From Candidatus Eutrophovita brisbanensis (lineage in GTDB: Bacteria > Pseudomonadota > Gammaproteobacteria > Burkholderiales > Eutrophovitaceae), in NCBI GenBank assembly GCA_038147395.1, contig JAYQTM010000001.1:1885508-1949507 (forward strand): a stretch of DNA of 64,000 bases, written 5' to 3'. Below the pieces are notes generated by a model. That model saw nothing but the letters and a program-made list of their open reading frames with translations. It was not told the origin of the DNA and ran no database searches. This document shows positions 54,079 through 63,704 of this stretch, piece after piece. Positions within the stretch are counted from its first letter, which is position 1; each line of letters opens with the position of its first letter. A program made the position numbers and the translations under genes.

Positions 54079-54651
54079 ATGAGTAACAAAGAACAAGAAT
54101 CAGCCGATCATAAAGACAACTCTCCAGGGCCGGCTGAGGTCGCGTCAGAAACGCAAGATATCACTAACGAGACTCCCGCAAAAACGTTAGATGAGGTTCA
54201 AAACGAACTTGATAAGGCGGTCGAAGAGCTAAACAATGCGAAGGAGGAATGGCTGCGGGCCAAAGCTGAGACGGAAAATATTCGCAAAAGAGCCGAATCG
54301 GATGTTGCGGCTGCCCACAAGTATGCATTAGAGCGATTCTCCACTGACCTACTCTCGGTGAAGGATAGCCTTGAAGCTGCAATGCAGTCTGAGAATAATT
54401 CCGTTGACTCAATCAAAGATGGTGTTGATTTAACTTTGAAGCAATTAGTTAAAACTTTCGACACCTTCGGAATCATTGAGGTCAATCCGGTTGGTGAGAC
54501 ACTTGACCCACACAAACACCAGGCCATGAGTGTCGTTGAATCAGACCAAGCACCCAACACGATCGTTAGTGTGTTCCAAAAAGGTTATCTACTCAACGAC
54601 CGGCTGATCCGGCCAGCATTGGTCAGTGTTGCGAAAGCCAAAGACCAGTAA
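54079..54651 (+). CDS. grpE: nucleotide exchange factor GrpE
   Basis: 190 aa. Acidic N-terminus, RA.AE.EN.RKR motif, FDP..H.A C-terminal motif. Confidence 0.95.
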   Translation: MSNKEQESADHKDNSPGPAEVASETQDITNETPAKTLDEVQNELDKAVEELNNAKEEWLRAKAETENIRKRAESDVAAAHKYALERFSTDLLSVKDSLEAAMQSENNSVDSIKDGVDLTLKQLVKTFDTFGIIEVNPVGETLDPHKHQAMSVVESDQAPNTIVSVFQKGYLLNDRLIRPALVSVAKAKDQ

Positions 54652-54655
54652 TCGT

Positions 54656-54683
54656 ATTGAAAAAAAAATAATCACCCCAATTT
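54656..54683 (+). promoter_or_regulatory. sigma32 (RpoH)-type promoter of dnaK
   Basis: ATTGAA (54656-54661), 13 nt, CCCCAATTT (54675-54683). It has the same -10 element and spacing as the grpE promoter. Confidence 0.65.
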
Positions 54684-54719
54684 AATGAATAACAAAACTC
54701 GATTTTAAGGATAAACAAC

Positions 54720-56648
54720 ATGGGTAAGATCATTGGTATCGATTTAGGTACGACAAATTCATGTATCGCTGTCATGGACGGTGGTAAGGCGAAAGTTCTC
54801 GAAAACGCGGAGGGTGCGAGGACAACCCCCTCAATTATTGCGTATACAGACGATAACGAGGTATTGGTTGGAGCTCCCGCGAAGCGACAAGCGGTCACAA
54901 ACCCAAAGAACACACTCTATGCAGTCAAACGTTTGATCGGCCGACGCTTTAAGGACTCTGAGGTAACAAAAGCCATTGGCAATTCTCCATTTTCAATTGT
55001 TGAAGCAAAAAACGGAGATGCTTGGGTAGAGGTGCTCGGGAAACAAAGCGCCCCCCCTGAGATTTCGGCTCAAGTCCTGATGAAAATGAAGAAAACTGCA
55101 GAGGATTACCTTGGAGAGACAGTCACCGAAGCCGTGATTACTGTGCCAGCATATTTCAATGACTCACAGCGGCAAGCGACTAAGGACGCAGGGAAAATTG
55201 CCGGTCTGGACGTCAAGAGAATCATCAACGAACCAACCGCTGCAGCGCTAGCGTTTGGCATGGACAAAAAACAGGGAGACCGAAAAATCGCGATCTACGA
55301 TCTCGGTGGTGGCACCTTCGATGTCTCGATCATCGAGATTGCCGAAGTTGATGGCGAACACCAGTTCGAAGTGCTATCGACGAACGGAGACACCTTCTTA
55401 GGTGGGGAAGACTTTGATCAAAGAATTATCGACTACCTCGCTGACGAATTTAAGAAAGATCAAGGCGTTGACCTACGAGGTGACGTGCTTGCGTTACAAC
55501 GATTGAAGGAGGCTGCTGAAAAAGCAAAAATCGAACTGTCCTCCAGTCAACAAACTGAGGTTAATTTGCCATATGTCACGGCGGATGCCTCTGGCCCCAA
55601 ACACTTGAATGTAAAAATTACTCGTGCGAAGCTCGAGAGCCTCGTTGACGATCTTGTGGCACGCACGATCGAGCCATGTAAAATCGCCATCAAAGATGCC
55701 GGCGTTAAAGTCAGCGACATCCAAGACGTGATTTTGGTCGGTGGTATGTCGCGCATGCCCAAAGTACAAGAGACCGTCAAGAACTTCTTCAACAAAGAGC
55801 CACGGAAAGACGTTAACCCTGATGAGGCTGTTGCACTCGGCGCTGCGATACAGGGAGGCGTATTACAGGGTGACGTGAAAGATGTCCTCCTGTTGGATGT
55901 CACCCCACTGTCACTGGGTATCGAAACGCTCGGTGGCGTGATGACGAAACTGATTGAAAAAAACACAACGATCCCGACCAAAGCAAACCAGGTGTTTTCA
56001 ACAGCTGAAGACAATCAGACTGCGGTAACCATCCACGTTCTACAGGGCGAGAGGGAGATGGCAAAGGATAATAAATCTCTTGGCCAATTTAACCTATCTG
56101 ATATCCCCGCTGCTGCCAGAGGAATGCCACAAATTGAAGTCAACTTCGATATCGATGCGAATGGCATTCTAAATGTGACTGCGAAAGATAAAGCGACCGG
56201 AAAAGAGAGCAAAATCACCATCAAGGCGAACTCTGGCTTGTCGGACGAAGAGATCGAAAAAATGGTGAAAGATGCTGAAGCGCACGCCGATGACGACAAA
56301 AAAGCTCGAGAGCTGGTGGACGTAAGAAACCAGTGTGACTCTCTCATCCACAGCGTCAAGAAAACTCTGGCTGAAAACTCAGATAAAGTGGAGGACGCAG
56401 AGAAAGAAACCATCGAGGCTGCAATCAAAGACGCGGAAGAGGCGCTAAAGAACGGTGATAAAGCTGACATCGAAGCTAAGTCTCAAGCGCTCGCAGCCGC
56501 CTCCCAGTCGATCGCAGAGAAACTCTACGCGAACCAAGAGAGCGAAGGCTCTGACTCAAATGCCCAAAGCGGTACTGCAGGATCTGATGAAGGGGACGTA
56601 GTAGATGCTGAATTCGAGGAAGTGAAAGACGACAAGAAAGACGCATAA
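54720..56648 (+). CDS. dnaK: molecular chaperone DnaK (Hsp70)
   Basis: 642 aa. [29 protein letters not shown] signatures. Confidence 0.98.
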   Translation: MGKIIGIDLGTTNSCIAVMDGGKAKVLENAEGARTTPSIIAYTDDNEVLVGAPAKRQAVTNPKNTLYAVKRLIGRRFKDSEVTKAIGNSPFSIVEAKNGDAWVEVLGKQSAPPEISAQVLMKMKKTAEDYLGETVTEAVITVPAYFNDSQRQATKDAGKIAGLDVKRIINEPTAAALAFGMDKKQGDRKIAIYDLGGGTFDVSIIEIAEVDGEHQFEVLSTNGDTFLGGEDFDQRIIDYLADEFKKDQGVDLRGDVLALQRLKEAAEKAKIELSSSQQTEVNLPYVTADASGPKHLNVKITRAKLESLVDDLVARTIEPCKIAIKDAGVKVSDIQDVILVGGMSRMPKVQETVKNFFNKEPRKDVNPDEAVALGAAIQGGVLQGDVKDVLLLDVTPLSLGIETLGGVMTKLIEKNTTIPTKANQVFSTAEDNQTAVTIHVLQGEREMAKDNKSLGQFNLSDIPAAARGMPQIEVNFDIDANGILNVTAKDKATGKESKITIKANSGLSDEEIEKMVKDAEAHADDDKKARELVDVRNQCDSLIHSVKKTLAENSDKVEDAEKETIEAAIKDAEEALKNGDKADIEAKSQALAAASQSIAEKLYANQESEGSDSNAQSGTAGSDEGDVVDAEFEEVKDDKKDA

Positions 56649-56672
56649 CTTGATTCGTCATTTTTAGAACAA

Positions 56673-56707
56673 AGTGGTTGGAGTCGTCTGACTCTCAGCC
56701 ACTTTTT
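56673..56707 (+). terminator. imperfect hairpin plus T-run between dnaK and dnaJ (partial terminator/attenuator)
   Basis: AGTGG..GGAGTC-GTCT-GACTCT..CCACT followed by TTTTT. The stem has an internal mismatch and a bulge. Confidence 0.55.
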
Positions 56708-56736
56708 GTTCGCCAAAACAAAAGATCTAAGCAGCT

Positions 56737-57861
56737 ATGGCCAAAAAAGATTACTACGAAGTATTGGGTGTAAATCGAGACGCGAGCGACGGTGACCTCA
56801 AGAAGTCATATCGTCGTCTTGCAATGAAATTCCACCCTGACAAAAATCCTGATAATCCGAAGGCAGAGGAACAATTTAAAGAAGTTAAGGAAGCATACGA
56901 GATGCTTTCCGATCCGCAAAAACGTGCTGCTTACGACCAGTATGGCCACGCTGGGGTTGACCCATCATCTGGAATGGGTGCGGGCGCTGGCGGATTTGGC
57001 GGATTCTCAGATGCCTTTGGCGACATTTTCGGTGATATTTTTGGTGGTGGTCGAGGCGGCGGTCGATCTAACGTCTACCGCGGATCTGACTTGAAATACA
57101 ATTTAGAAGTATCCCTAGAAGAGGCGGCCAAAGGGACGGAGACGAAAATTCGTATTCCCGCATACGACGAGTGCGCAAAGTGCCACGGTTCGGGTGCAAA
57201 ACCTGGGACAGAGCCTGTGACGTGTAACACGTGTCGAGGACAAGGTCAGGTTCGGGTCACGCAAGGTTTCTTTTCTATTGCCCAAACCTGTCCGGACTGC
57301 CATGGCAGCGGAAAAGTGATCAAAACTCCGTGTGGCGACTGCTCTGGTCAAGGAAGAATCAAAAACAACAAGACACTTTCCGTAAAAATTCCTGCGGGAG
57401 TCGATCAAGGGGATCGAATCAGGTTATCGGGAGAAGGCGAAGCGGGAGTGAATGGAGGTCCTTCCGGTGACCTTTACGTTGTCGTCAACATCCGAGAGCA
57501 TGACGTATTTACTAGAGACGGTAACAACTTACATTGTGAAATGCCCATTAGCTTCAGTACAGCGGCACTTGGAGGTGAAATTCAAATTCCAACGTTGGAT
57601 GGCTATGCCAAAATCAAGGTGTCTCCCGAAACTCAAACGGGAAAAATTTTTAGGTTAAGAGGTAAGGGAATCAAGGGAGTTCGCAGCAGCGCATTCGGCG
57701 ATCTGATGTGCCATGTCATCGTCGAAACACCTGTCAACTTGACCGAGCGACAAAAAGAACTGCTATCGGAATTAGAACAAATCAACCAATCTGACAACGA
57801 GAGGCACAATCCAAGAGCAAAATCTTGGATGGATAAAGTAAAAGATTTCTTTGACGCTTGA
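56737..57861 (+). CDS. dnaJ: molecular chaperone DnaJ
   Basis: 374 aa. J domain with HPD, G/F-rich region, four CxxCxGxG zinc-finger repeats. Confidence 0.97.
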   Translation: MAKKDYYEVLGVNRDASDGDLKKSYRRLAMKFHPDKNPDNPKAEEQFKEVKEAYEMLSDPQKRAAYDQYGHAGVDPSSGMGAGAGGFGGFSDAFGDIFGDIFGGGRGGGRSNVYRGSDLKYNLEVSLEEAAKGTETKIRIPAYDECAKCHGSGAKPGTEPVTCNTCRGQGQVRVTQGFFSIAQTCPDCHGSGKVIKTPCGDCSGQGRIKNNKTLSVKIPAGVDQGDRIRLSGEGEAGVNGGPSGDLYVVVNIREHDVFTRDGNNLHCEMPISFSTAALGGEIQIPTLDGYAKIKVSPETQTGKIFRLRGKGIKGVRSSAFGDLMCHVIVETPVNLTERQKELLSELEQINQSDNERHNPRAKSWMDKVKDFFDA

Positions 57862-57866
57862 CGTCG

Positions 57867-59242
57867 CTAAGCTCTACGCCAGGTCGTTTTACCAGCGCTA
57901 TCCTCTAAAGTGATTCCTGCGGCGGTCAATTCGTCGCGCAGACGATCAGCCTCTTTAAAGTCTTTCTTGGATCGAGCTTCGTCTCGGGCGACGATCATCG
58001 CGTCAATCTCCTCAGACGACATTTCAAGGCCCTCACGAGACTGTAAAAACAGAGCGGGCTCCCGATCAAGCAGACCCAGCTCCGCCGCCAGTGCTCTTAG
58101 CAAATAAGCCAGGCTCACATCCCCGCTTCGGTTCAACTCACTGACGATATCAAACAACACGGAAATAGCCTCTGGCGTATTAAAGTCATCATCCATCGCC
58201 TCTTTGAACCGGTGTGCAAATGCGTGTTGCCAATCAATCGTCAAGGATCCTTGGGAAGGGGATCGAAATCCTTGAGAGCTGTGTACATTCGAGACAAGGC
58301 AAGACGCGCATCTTCTAAATGCTTATCCGAATAGTTTAATGGACTCCTGTAGTGCGCTCTGAGTATAAAAAACCTTAAAACTTCAGGATCAAATTTATCC
58401 AGGACTTCTCTGACAGTGAAGAAATTTCCCAAAGACTTGGACATTTTTTCGTTATCTACTCGAACGAAACCATTATGCATCCAATATTTCACAAAACCTG
58501 CACCATGGGCCCCCTCGGACTGGGCAATCTCGTTTTCGTGGTGTGGGAATTGTAAATCTTGCCCTCCACCGTGAATATCAAAGTACTTACCCAGATACCT
58601 TTCGCTCATCGCAGAGCACTCGATGTGCCACCCAGGGCGACCATCCCCCCATGGAGAGGGCCAGCTGGGCTCACCTGGCTTGGTTGTCTTCCACAAAACG
58701 AAATCCATGGGATGCTTTTTGGCCAAATCGACTTCGACGCGCTCACCCGCTCTAAGATCCTCGAGGGTCTTGCCAGATAACCGTCCATACTTTTCAAACA
58801 AAGAGACTGAGTAGTAAACATCGCCTGACTCACCCACGTATGCATATCCTTTGTTAATCAACGTTCCGATTAACTCGATCATTTGAGGGATATTCTCCGT
58901 CGCCTTAGGCTCAATGTCGGGGCGAACTACCCCGAGGGAGGCGGCGTCTTGATTCATCGCATCGATAAAACGACTCGTCAACTGCTGATATGTCTCTTCG
59001 TTATCTCGAGCTCTAGCGATAATTTTGTCGTCAATATCTGTGATATTTCGAACATAAGTGACGTCATATCCCGATGTTTCAAACCATTTCCGCACCATGT
59101 CGAACACAACCATCACTCGAGCATGACCGACGTGGCACAAGTCGTAGACTGTCATACCACAGACATACATTCGAACCGAGTTTGGCTCTATCGATTGGAA
59201 TTCTTCTTTCTGGCGGGTAAGTGTATTGAAGAGTTTCAACAT
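57867..59242 (-). pseudogene. cysS: cysteine--tRNA ligase, interrupted by a 1-nt frameshift
   Basis: ORF 58241-59242 (333 aa) carries HVGHAR and KMSKSLGN and ends ...[12 protein letters not shown]-stop. ORF 57867-58244 (125 aa, in a different frame) continues with (L)TIDWQHAFAHRFKEAMDDDFNTPEA... Together they total about 458 aa, a normal CysS length. The switch is at AAGGATCCTTGACG (58241-58250). One extra T (CCT TTG) would restore the frame. Confidence 0.8.
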
Positions 59243-59489
59243 AATTTGCGTTTAACAACAAACGATCTCACAGAGATAGTCCATTAAGGGTTTCCATGGC
59301 TCTGCTGGCTCAAGCGACAACAGGTTACAGCAAACAAATAGGTTTTGCCGAGCGCATCTATCAAGTTTTGGTCGAGAACACAGCAACTTCCTTTCTGTTA
59401 TCGTGGAGTCTTAGTGTGTGATCCGACAGCGAACACTCGCTAAACCAAATCACCCACATTGTTACCACTCAAACATAGAAAGATTTGAT

Positions 59490-59990
59490 ATGAGCACCAA
59501 AGTGAAATTATCAACGTCAATGGGCGACATTGTCGTGGAACTGAATGATGCTGACGCGCCGCTAACTACAAAAAATTTTCTCGATTACGTTGACGCTGGA
59601 TTCTACAATGGGACGATATTTCATAGAGTCATCAATGGATTCATGATTCAAGGTGGCGGCATGGACTCAAACATGAGTGAAAAGACGACTCAGTCACCGA
59701 TACAGAATGAAGCTACGAATGGTCTCAAAAATGACTGCTACACGATCGCAATGGCCAGAACAAATGAAGTTCATTCGGCGACCTCTCAGTTCTTCATTAA
59801 TGTCGCTAATAATGACTTTCTCAACTTCTCATCCGAAACCCCTCAAGGTTTTGGATACTGTGTTTTCGGTAAGGTTGTGGAAGGTGAATCAGTTGTTGAC
59901 ACAATTAAAATGGTCGAAACTGGATCGCACGGATTTCATCAAGATGTTCCCAAAGACGTCGTTCTAATCGAGAGCGCCGAGCGCGTCTAA
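59490..59990 (+). CDS. ppiB: peptidyl-prolyl cis-trans isomerase (cyclophilin, cytoplasmic PpiB type)
   Basis: Start ATG 59490 ([18 protein letters not shown]). [14 protein letters not shown] and SQFFIN motifs. Confidence 0.9.
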   Translation: MSTKVKLSTSMGDIVVELNDADAPLTTKNFLDYVDAGFYNGTIFHRVINGFMIQGGGMDSNMSEKTTQSPIQNEATNGLKNDCYTIAMARTNEVHSATSQFFINVANNDFLNFSSETPQGFGYCVFGKVVEGESVVDTIKMVETGSHGFHQDVPKDVVLIESAERV

Positions 59991-59991
59991 A

Positions 59992-60732
59992 GTGCAGATG
60001 TTGGTCGGGTCACAATTTTTTTTTATATCTGACCTCCATCTCTCGGATCCTAGTGATTCTAAGACTCAAATATTCCTACACTTCCTAAAAAGCTTGCGTG
60101 GGAAAAGCGCGCAGCTTTTTGTATTAGGGGATTTGTTTGACTACTGGATTGGTGATGACGATATCGAAAATCCGCTCTTCCAGAAAACCACCAGTGAACT
60201 TAAAAACACGACAGCATCTGGAACTCCAATTACATTCATCAGGGGGAATCGTGATTTCCTCATTGGAGATGCATTTAGCTCTTTGACTGGCGTCGAGATC
60301 GCGCCAGATTTTTTGGTAGTTGACATCTTCGGGACAAGAACTCTACTGAGTCACGGAGATCTCTTGTGTACGGACGACATCGACTATCAAAAAATTCGTC
60401 ACGTCGTGAGGTCGAAAGAATGGATTGAGGACTTTTGCAAGTTACCGCTATCGGAGAGACGAATGAGAGCCAAAGCTTACCGACAAGAAAGCAATACCGC
60501 GAAAAGCGAAAAATCGGATCTCATCATGGACGTATCACAACACACCGTAGAGGAAACTTTCAATCAATGGGGTTGTAGTCTCATGATCCACGGACACACG
60601 CACCGTCCTGCCAGACACGAACATTTCATAAACGGTCATAAACATGAACGATTTGTACTCCCAGATTGGGATAATAAAAGGGGCGCTCTACGATTTACCT
60701 CAGAGGGTTTGAGTGAAATTTCGCTGAGTTGA
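59992..60732 (+). CDS. lpxH: UDP-2,3-diacylglucosamine diphosphatase
   Basis: 246 aa. Calcineurin-like motifs ISDLHL, GDLFDYWIGDD, GNRDF, HGD, GHTHRP. Start GTG 59992 or ATG 59998. Confidence 0.9.
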   Translation: MQMLVGSQFFFISDLHLSDPSDSKTQIFLHFLKSLRGKSAQLFVLGDLFDYWIGDDDIENPLFQKTTSELKNTTASGTPITFIRGNRDFLIGDAFSSLTGVEIAPDFLVVDIFGTRTLLSHGDLLCTDDIDYQKIRHVVRSKEWIEDFCKLPLSERRMRAKAYRQESNTAKSEKSDLIMDVSQHTVEETFNQWGCSLMIHGHTHRPARHEHFINGHKHERFVLPDWDNKRGALRFTSEGLSEISLS

Positions 60733-60739
60733 CGATCGT

Positions 60740-61927
60740 CTATATTCTCGCCAAGGCATCCTCAAGATCCGATTGTAAATCAGCGACCCCCTCTAAACCG
60801 ACCGCGACTCGAATCAAACCTTCGGTGATCCCAGCGGCTAGTCGATCACTCTCAGGGACCCGACCATGAGTCGTCGATGCAGGGTGCGTAATTGTGCTGC
60901 GTGTATCCCCTAAATTTGCAGTAATCGAGATTAGTTTGACGTTATCAATCAAACCCCACGCTCGCTTTCTATCCCCGACATCAAATGACACAATGCCACC
61001 ACCGCCAGTTTGTTGCTTTCTTGCCAATTCATACTGCGGATGAGACGCTAACCACGGGTAGAAAACTCGAGTGACTTTGTCGTGATTTTCTAACCAAGTC
61101 GCGATATTGAATGCTGATTTGGCGTGTGCTTCCATTCTCAGCTTTAACGTCTCAAGTCCTTTGAACAACACCCACGCGTTAAAGGGTGATAAGGTCGCTC
61201 CGGCCGTTCTCAGGAATGCTCTCACCGGCTTCTCCACGAGATCGCTCTTGCCGACAACTGCCCCACCTAAAACACGTCCTTGCCCATCCAAATACTTAGT
61301 CGCGGAATGCACCACGATATCGACACCGAAATCTAGTGGTCTTTGAAACACCGGAGTACAGAAACAATTGTCCACCACCGTAATAATGTCCCGTTTTTGC
61401 GCCAGACTGACCCAGTCTCGCAAGTCAATTATCTGCATCAATGGATTTGAAGGTGTTTCGAGAAAAAATAAGCGGGTTTTATCGGTGACCGCATTATCCC
61501 ACTCGTCAACGTCAGACGAGTGCACGAACGTCGTATGAATTTGAAACTTTCTGAGAAAATTCGAAAATAGTTGGCGACTTGCGCCGAAAATATTAGCCGA
61601 TGCAACAATATGATCGCCAGACTCCAAAAGTGACATCACCACCGCGAGTATTGCCGACATTCCTGAAGACGTTGAAATGGCAACATCCCCATTTTCCAAT
61701 GCAGCTAAACGCTCTTCAAACATCTCAAGACTAGGATTTGTATAGCGAGAGTAAACCATCCCATCAGCGTCACCCGAAAACCGCTCGGCGGCTTCCTGGG
61801 CATTGCTGAACACAAAACTTGAGGTCAAATACAGCGCTTCCGAGTGCTCGTTAAACTGGCTTCTCTTCGATCCAGCCCGTACAGACAAAGTCTCAATCTC
61901 GAATTCTGTATCACTATCTTGGATCAT
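60740..61927 (-). CDS. metZ: O-succinylhomoserine sulfhydrylase (Cys/Met-metabolism PLP enzyme)
   Basis: 395 aa. PLP-lysine region HSATKYLDGQGR. Lies downstream of purF, as in Pseudomonas and Burkholderiales. Confidence 0.85.
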   Translation of the reverse strand: MIQDSDTEFEIETLSVRAGSKRSQFNEHSEALYLTSSFVFSNAQEAAERFSGDADGMVYSRYTNPSLEMFEERLAALENGDVAISTSSGMSAILAVVMSLLESGDHIVASANIFGASRQLFSNFLRKFQIHTTFVHSSDVDEWDNAVTDKTRLFFLETPSNPLMQIIDLRDWVSLAQKRDIITVVDNCFCTPVFQRPLDFGVDIVVHSATKYLDGQGRVLGGAVVGKSDLVEKPVRAFLRTAGATLSPFNAWVLFKGLETLKLRMEAHAKSAFNIATWLENHDKVTRVFYPWLASHPQYELARKQQTGGGGIVSFDVGDRKRAWGLIDNVKLISITANLGDTRSTITHPASTTHGRVPESDRLAAGITEGLIRVAVGLEGVADLQSDLEDALARI

Positions 61928-61965
61928 TTCCCATCACTCCTGTTCGTCTCGTTTTTAGCTACCCC

Positions 61966-62000
61966 TAAAAACAAAAAACTCGCTTCAAACTAAAGCGAGT
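61966..62000 (-). terminator. rho-independent terminator in the purF-metZ spacer (purF terminator and/or metZ leader attenuator)
   Basis: Minus strand reads ACTCGCTT-TAGTTTG-AAGCGAGT followed by TTTTTGTTTTT. It has an 8-bp perfect stem and sits 39 nt upstream of the metZ ATG. Confidence 0.75.
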
Positions 62001-62073
62001 TTTTAGACTACGATACGCTTTAGCTGGTATTTTTTACGCGCCCGCAAGCTGATAATCAAATCGGCGCGTTTGG

Positions 62074-62102
62074 ATCCTATCTTTGGTTGCTGCAAAAGTC
62101 AA
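62074..62102 (-). promoter_or_regulatory. candidate sigma70 promoter for metZ
   Basis: Minus strand reads TTGACT (62102-62097), 17 nt, TAGGAT (62079-62074). Confidence 0.45.
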
Positions 62103-62126
62103 GGTAGCCTTTTCCTTTACACAATA

Positions 62127-63650
62127 TCAAGCAATATTGGCAATCGCACCTTCCTCATCTTCATCAGCGTTTAGGATATGCGTAATTTTTTCATCATTAC
62201 GTTCTCCCTCGACTTCAGATAAATACTCTGACGTGATATCTCCAGTCACGTATTCACCAGTAAAACATGATGTCTCAAACCTCGAAACATCCGTATTGAT
62301 TGACGCACAGTCGCTAATTAGATCTTCGATAGACTGATAAATGAGCCTGTCAACACCGATCTCCCGAGCCACTTCCTCCTCATTGCGACCAAATGCAATC
62401 AACTCTTTAGAGCTTGGCATGTCAATCCCGTAAACATTAGGGTATCGAACGGGTGGTGCCGCAGATGCAAAAAATACCCTCTTTGCCCCAGAATCTCTTG
62501 CCATTTGAACAATTTCCCTACTGGTCGTACCTCGAACAATCGAATCATCAACCAACAATACATTTTTGCCCTTAAATTCAGAGGCAATAGCATTTAATTT
62601 CTGTCGGACAGACTTTTTCCTGACCTCTTGGCCGGGCATGATGAATGTACGCCCGATATATCTATTCTTGATAAAACCCTCTCTGTAGGGAACACCGAGG
62701 CCTTCCGCAATTTCCATCGCCGATGGTCGACTCGAATCGGGAATTGGGATCACAACATCGATAGACAGATCGGCATGCTCTTGCTTGATCTTCGCGGCCA
62801 GGCTTGTTCCCATTCGTAGTCTCGTTTCGTGCACGGAGATACCATCGATAACTGAATCGGGCCTAGCTAAATACACAAACTCAAAAATGCAAGGTGAAAT
62901 CTGACACGAATCTGCACAAATTTTAGAAGCCACGCTTCCATCATTCGATATAAAAATCGCTTCCCCAGGAGCAATGTCGCGGACGTACTGAAAACCAAGA
63001 GTATCCAACGCAACCGTTTCGGACGCGACTAAGAATTCGTCGCCAGACTCGGCTGAAGATCTTGATCCGTATACTAGAGGACGGATTCCGTACGGGTCCC
63101 TGAAGGCAATCAGACCGTAACCAGCTATCATCGCAACCACGGCGTAAGCGCCCCGGACTCGATTATGAACTCCCGTAATTGCCGTGAATATTGCCTCAAC
63201 CGTCAAATTAATACCAGCACTGGCCTTTTGTAACTCATGTGCAAACACATTAAGCAAAATCTCAGAATCAGAGTTTGTATTCACGTGTCTCAAGTCTTGA
63301 CGAAACAATTCCTCCTTCAGTTTCTGAGAGTTAGTCAGGTTACCGTTATGTCCGAGTACGATACCGAAAGGAGAGTTCACATATAACGGCTGCGCCTCAT
63401 CAAACGCATTCGCAGAACCGGCAGTCGGATACCGACAATGCCCAATACCCGAATTGCCAACCAACGCTCTCATATTTCGAGTTCTAAACACATCACGAAC
63501 AAGGCCGCCTGCCTTGTGGATATGAAAATTTGAACCATCAGCCGTCACGATGCCCGCGGCATCTTGTCCCCTGTGCTGCAGCACCTGAAGTCCATCATAT
63601 AAAAGTTGATTAACCGGTGACTTCGCTACCGCTCCAAGCAGACCACACAT
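62127..63650 (-). CDS. purF: amidophosphoribosyltransferase
   Basis: 507 aa. N-terminal MCGLLG (catalytic Cys after Met removal), PRTase motif LLVDDSIVRGTT. Confidence 0.96.
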   Translation of the reverse strand: MCGLLGAVAKSPVNQLLYDGLQVLQHRGQDAAGIVTADGSNFHIHKAGGLVRDVFRTRNMRALVGNSGIGHCRYPTAGSANAFDEAQPLYVNSPFGIVLGHNGNLTNSQKLKEELFRQDLRHVNTNSDSEILLNVFAHELQKASAGINLTVEAIFTAITGVHNRVRGAYAVVAMIAGYGLIAFRDPYGIRPLVYGSRSSAESGDEFLVASETVALDTLGFQYVRDIAPGEAIFISNDGSVASKICADSCQISPCIFEFVYLARPDSVIDGISVHETRLRMGTSLAAKIKQEHADLSIDVVIPIPDSSRPSAMEIAEGLGVPYREGFIKNRYIGRTFIMPGQEVRKKSVRQKLNAIASEFKGKNVLLVDDSIVRGTTSREIVQMARDSGAKRVFFASAAPPVRYPNVYGIDMPSSKELIAFGRNEEEVAREIGVDRLIYQSIEDLISDCASINTDVSRFETSCFTGEYVTGDITSEYLSEVEGERNDEKITHILNADEDEEGAIANIA

Positions 63651-63704
63651 CCTCAGTCCCCTAACGTTGGTGAGAACAACATTATAGTTCTTCGCTCAAA
63701 TTAA

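Noticed and set aside
55547-56470. Two consecutive minus-strand ORFs (155 and 151 aa) antisense to dnaK
   Set aside because: These are shadow ORFs opposite dnaK. They have Ser-rich low-complexity translations and no start context.
58246-58251. GGATCC (BamHI site) exactly at the cysS frameshift, and another at 62072-62077 in the metZ promoter region; a possible cloning scar
   Set aside because: A 6-mer is expected by chance several times in 64 kb. No vector-like sequence or symmetric scar flanks either site.
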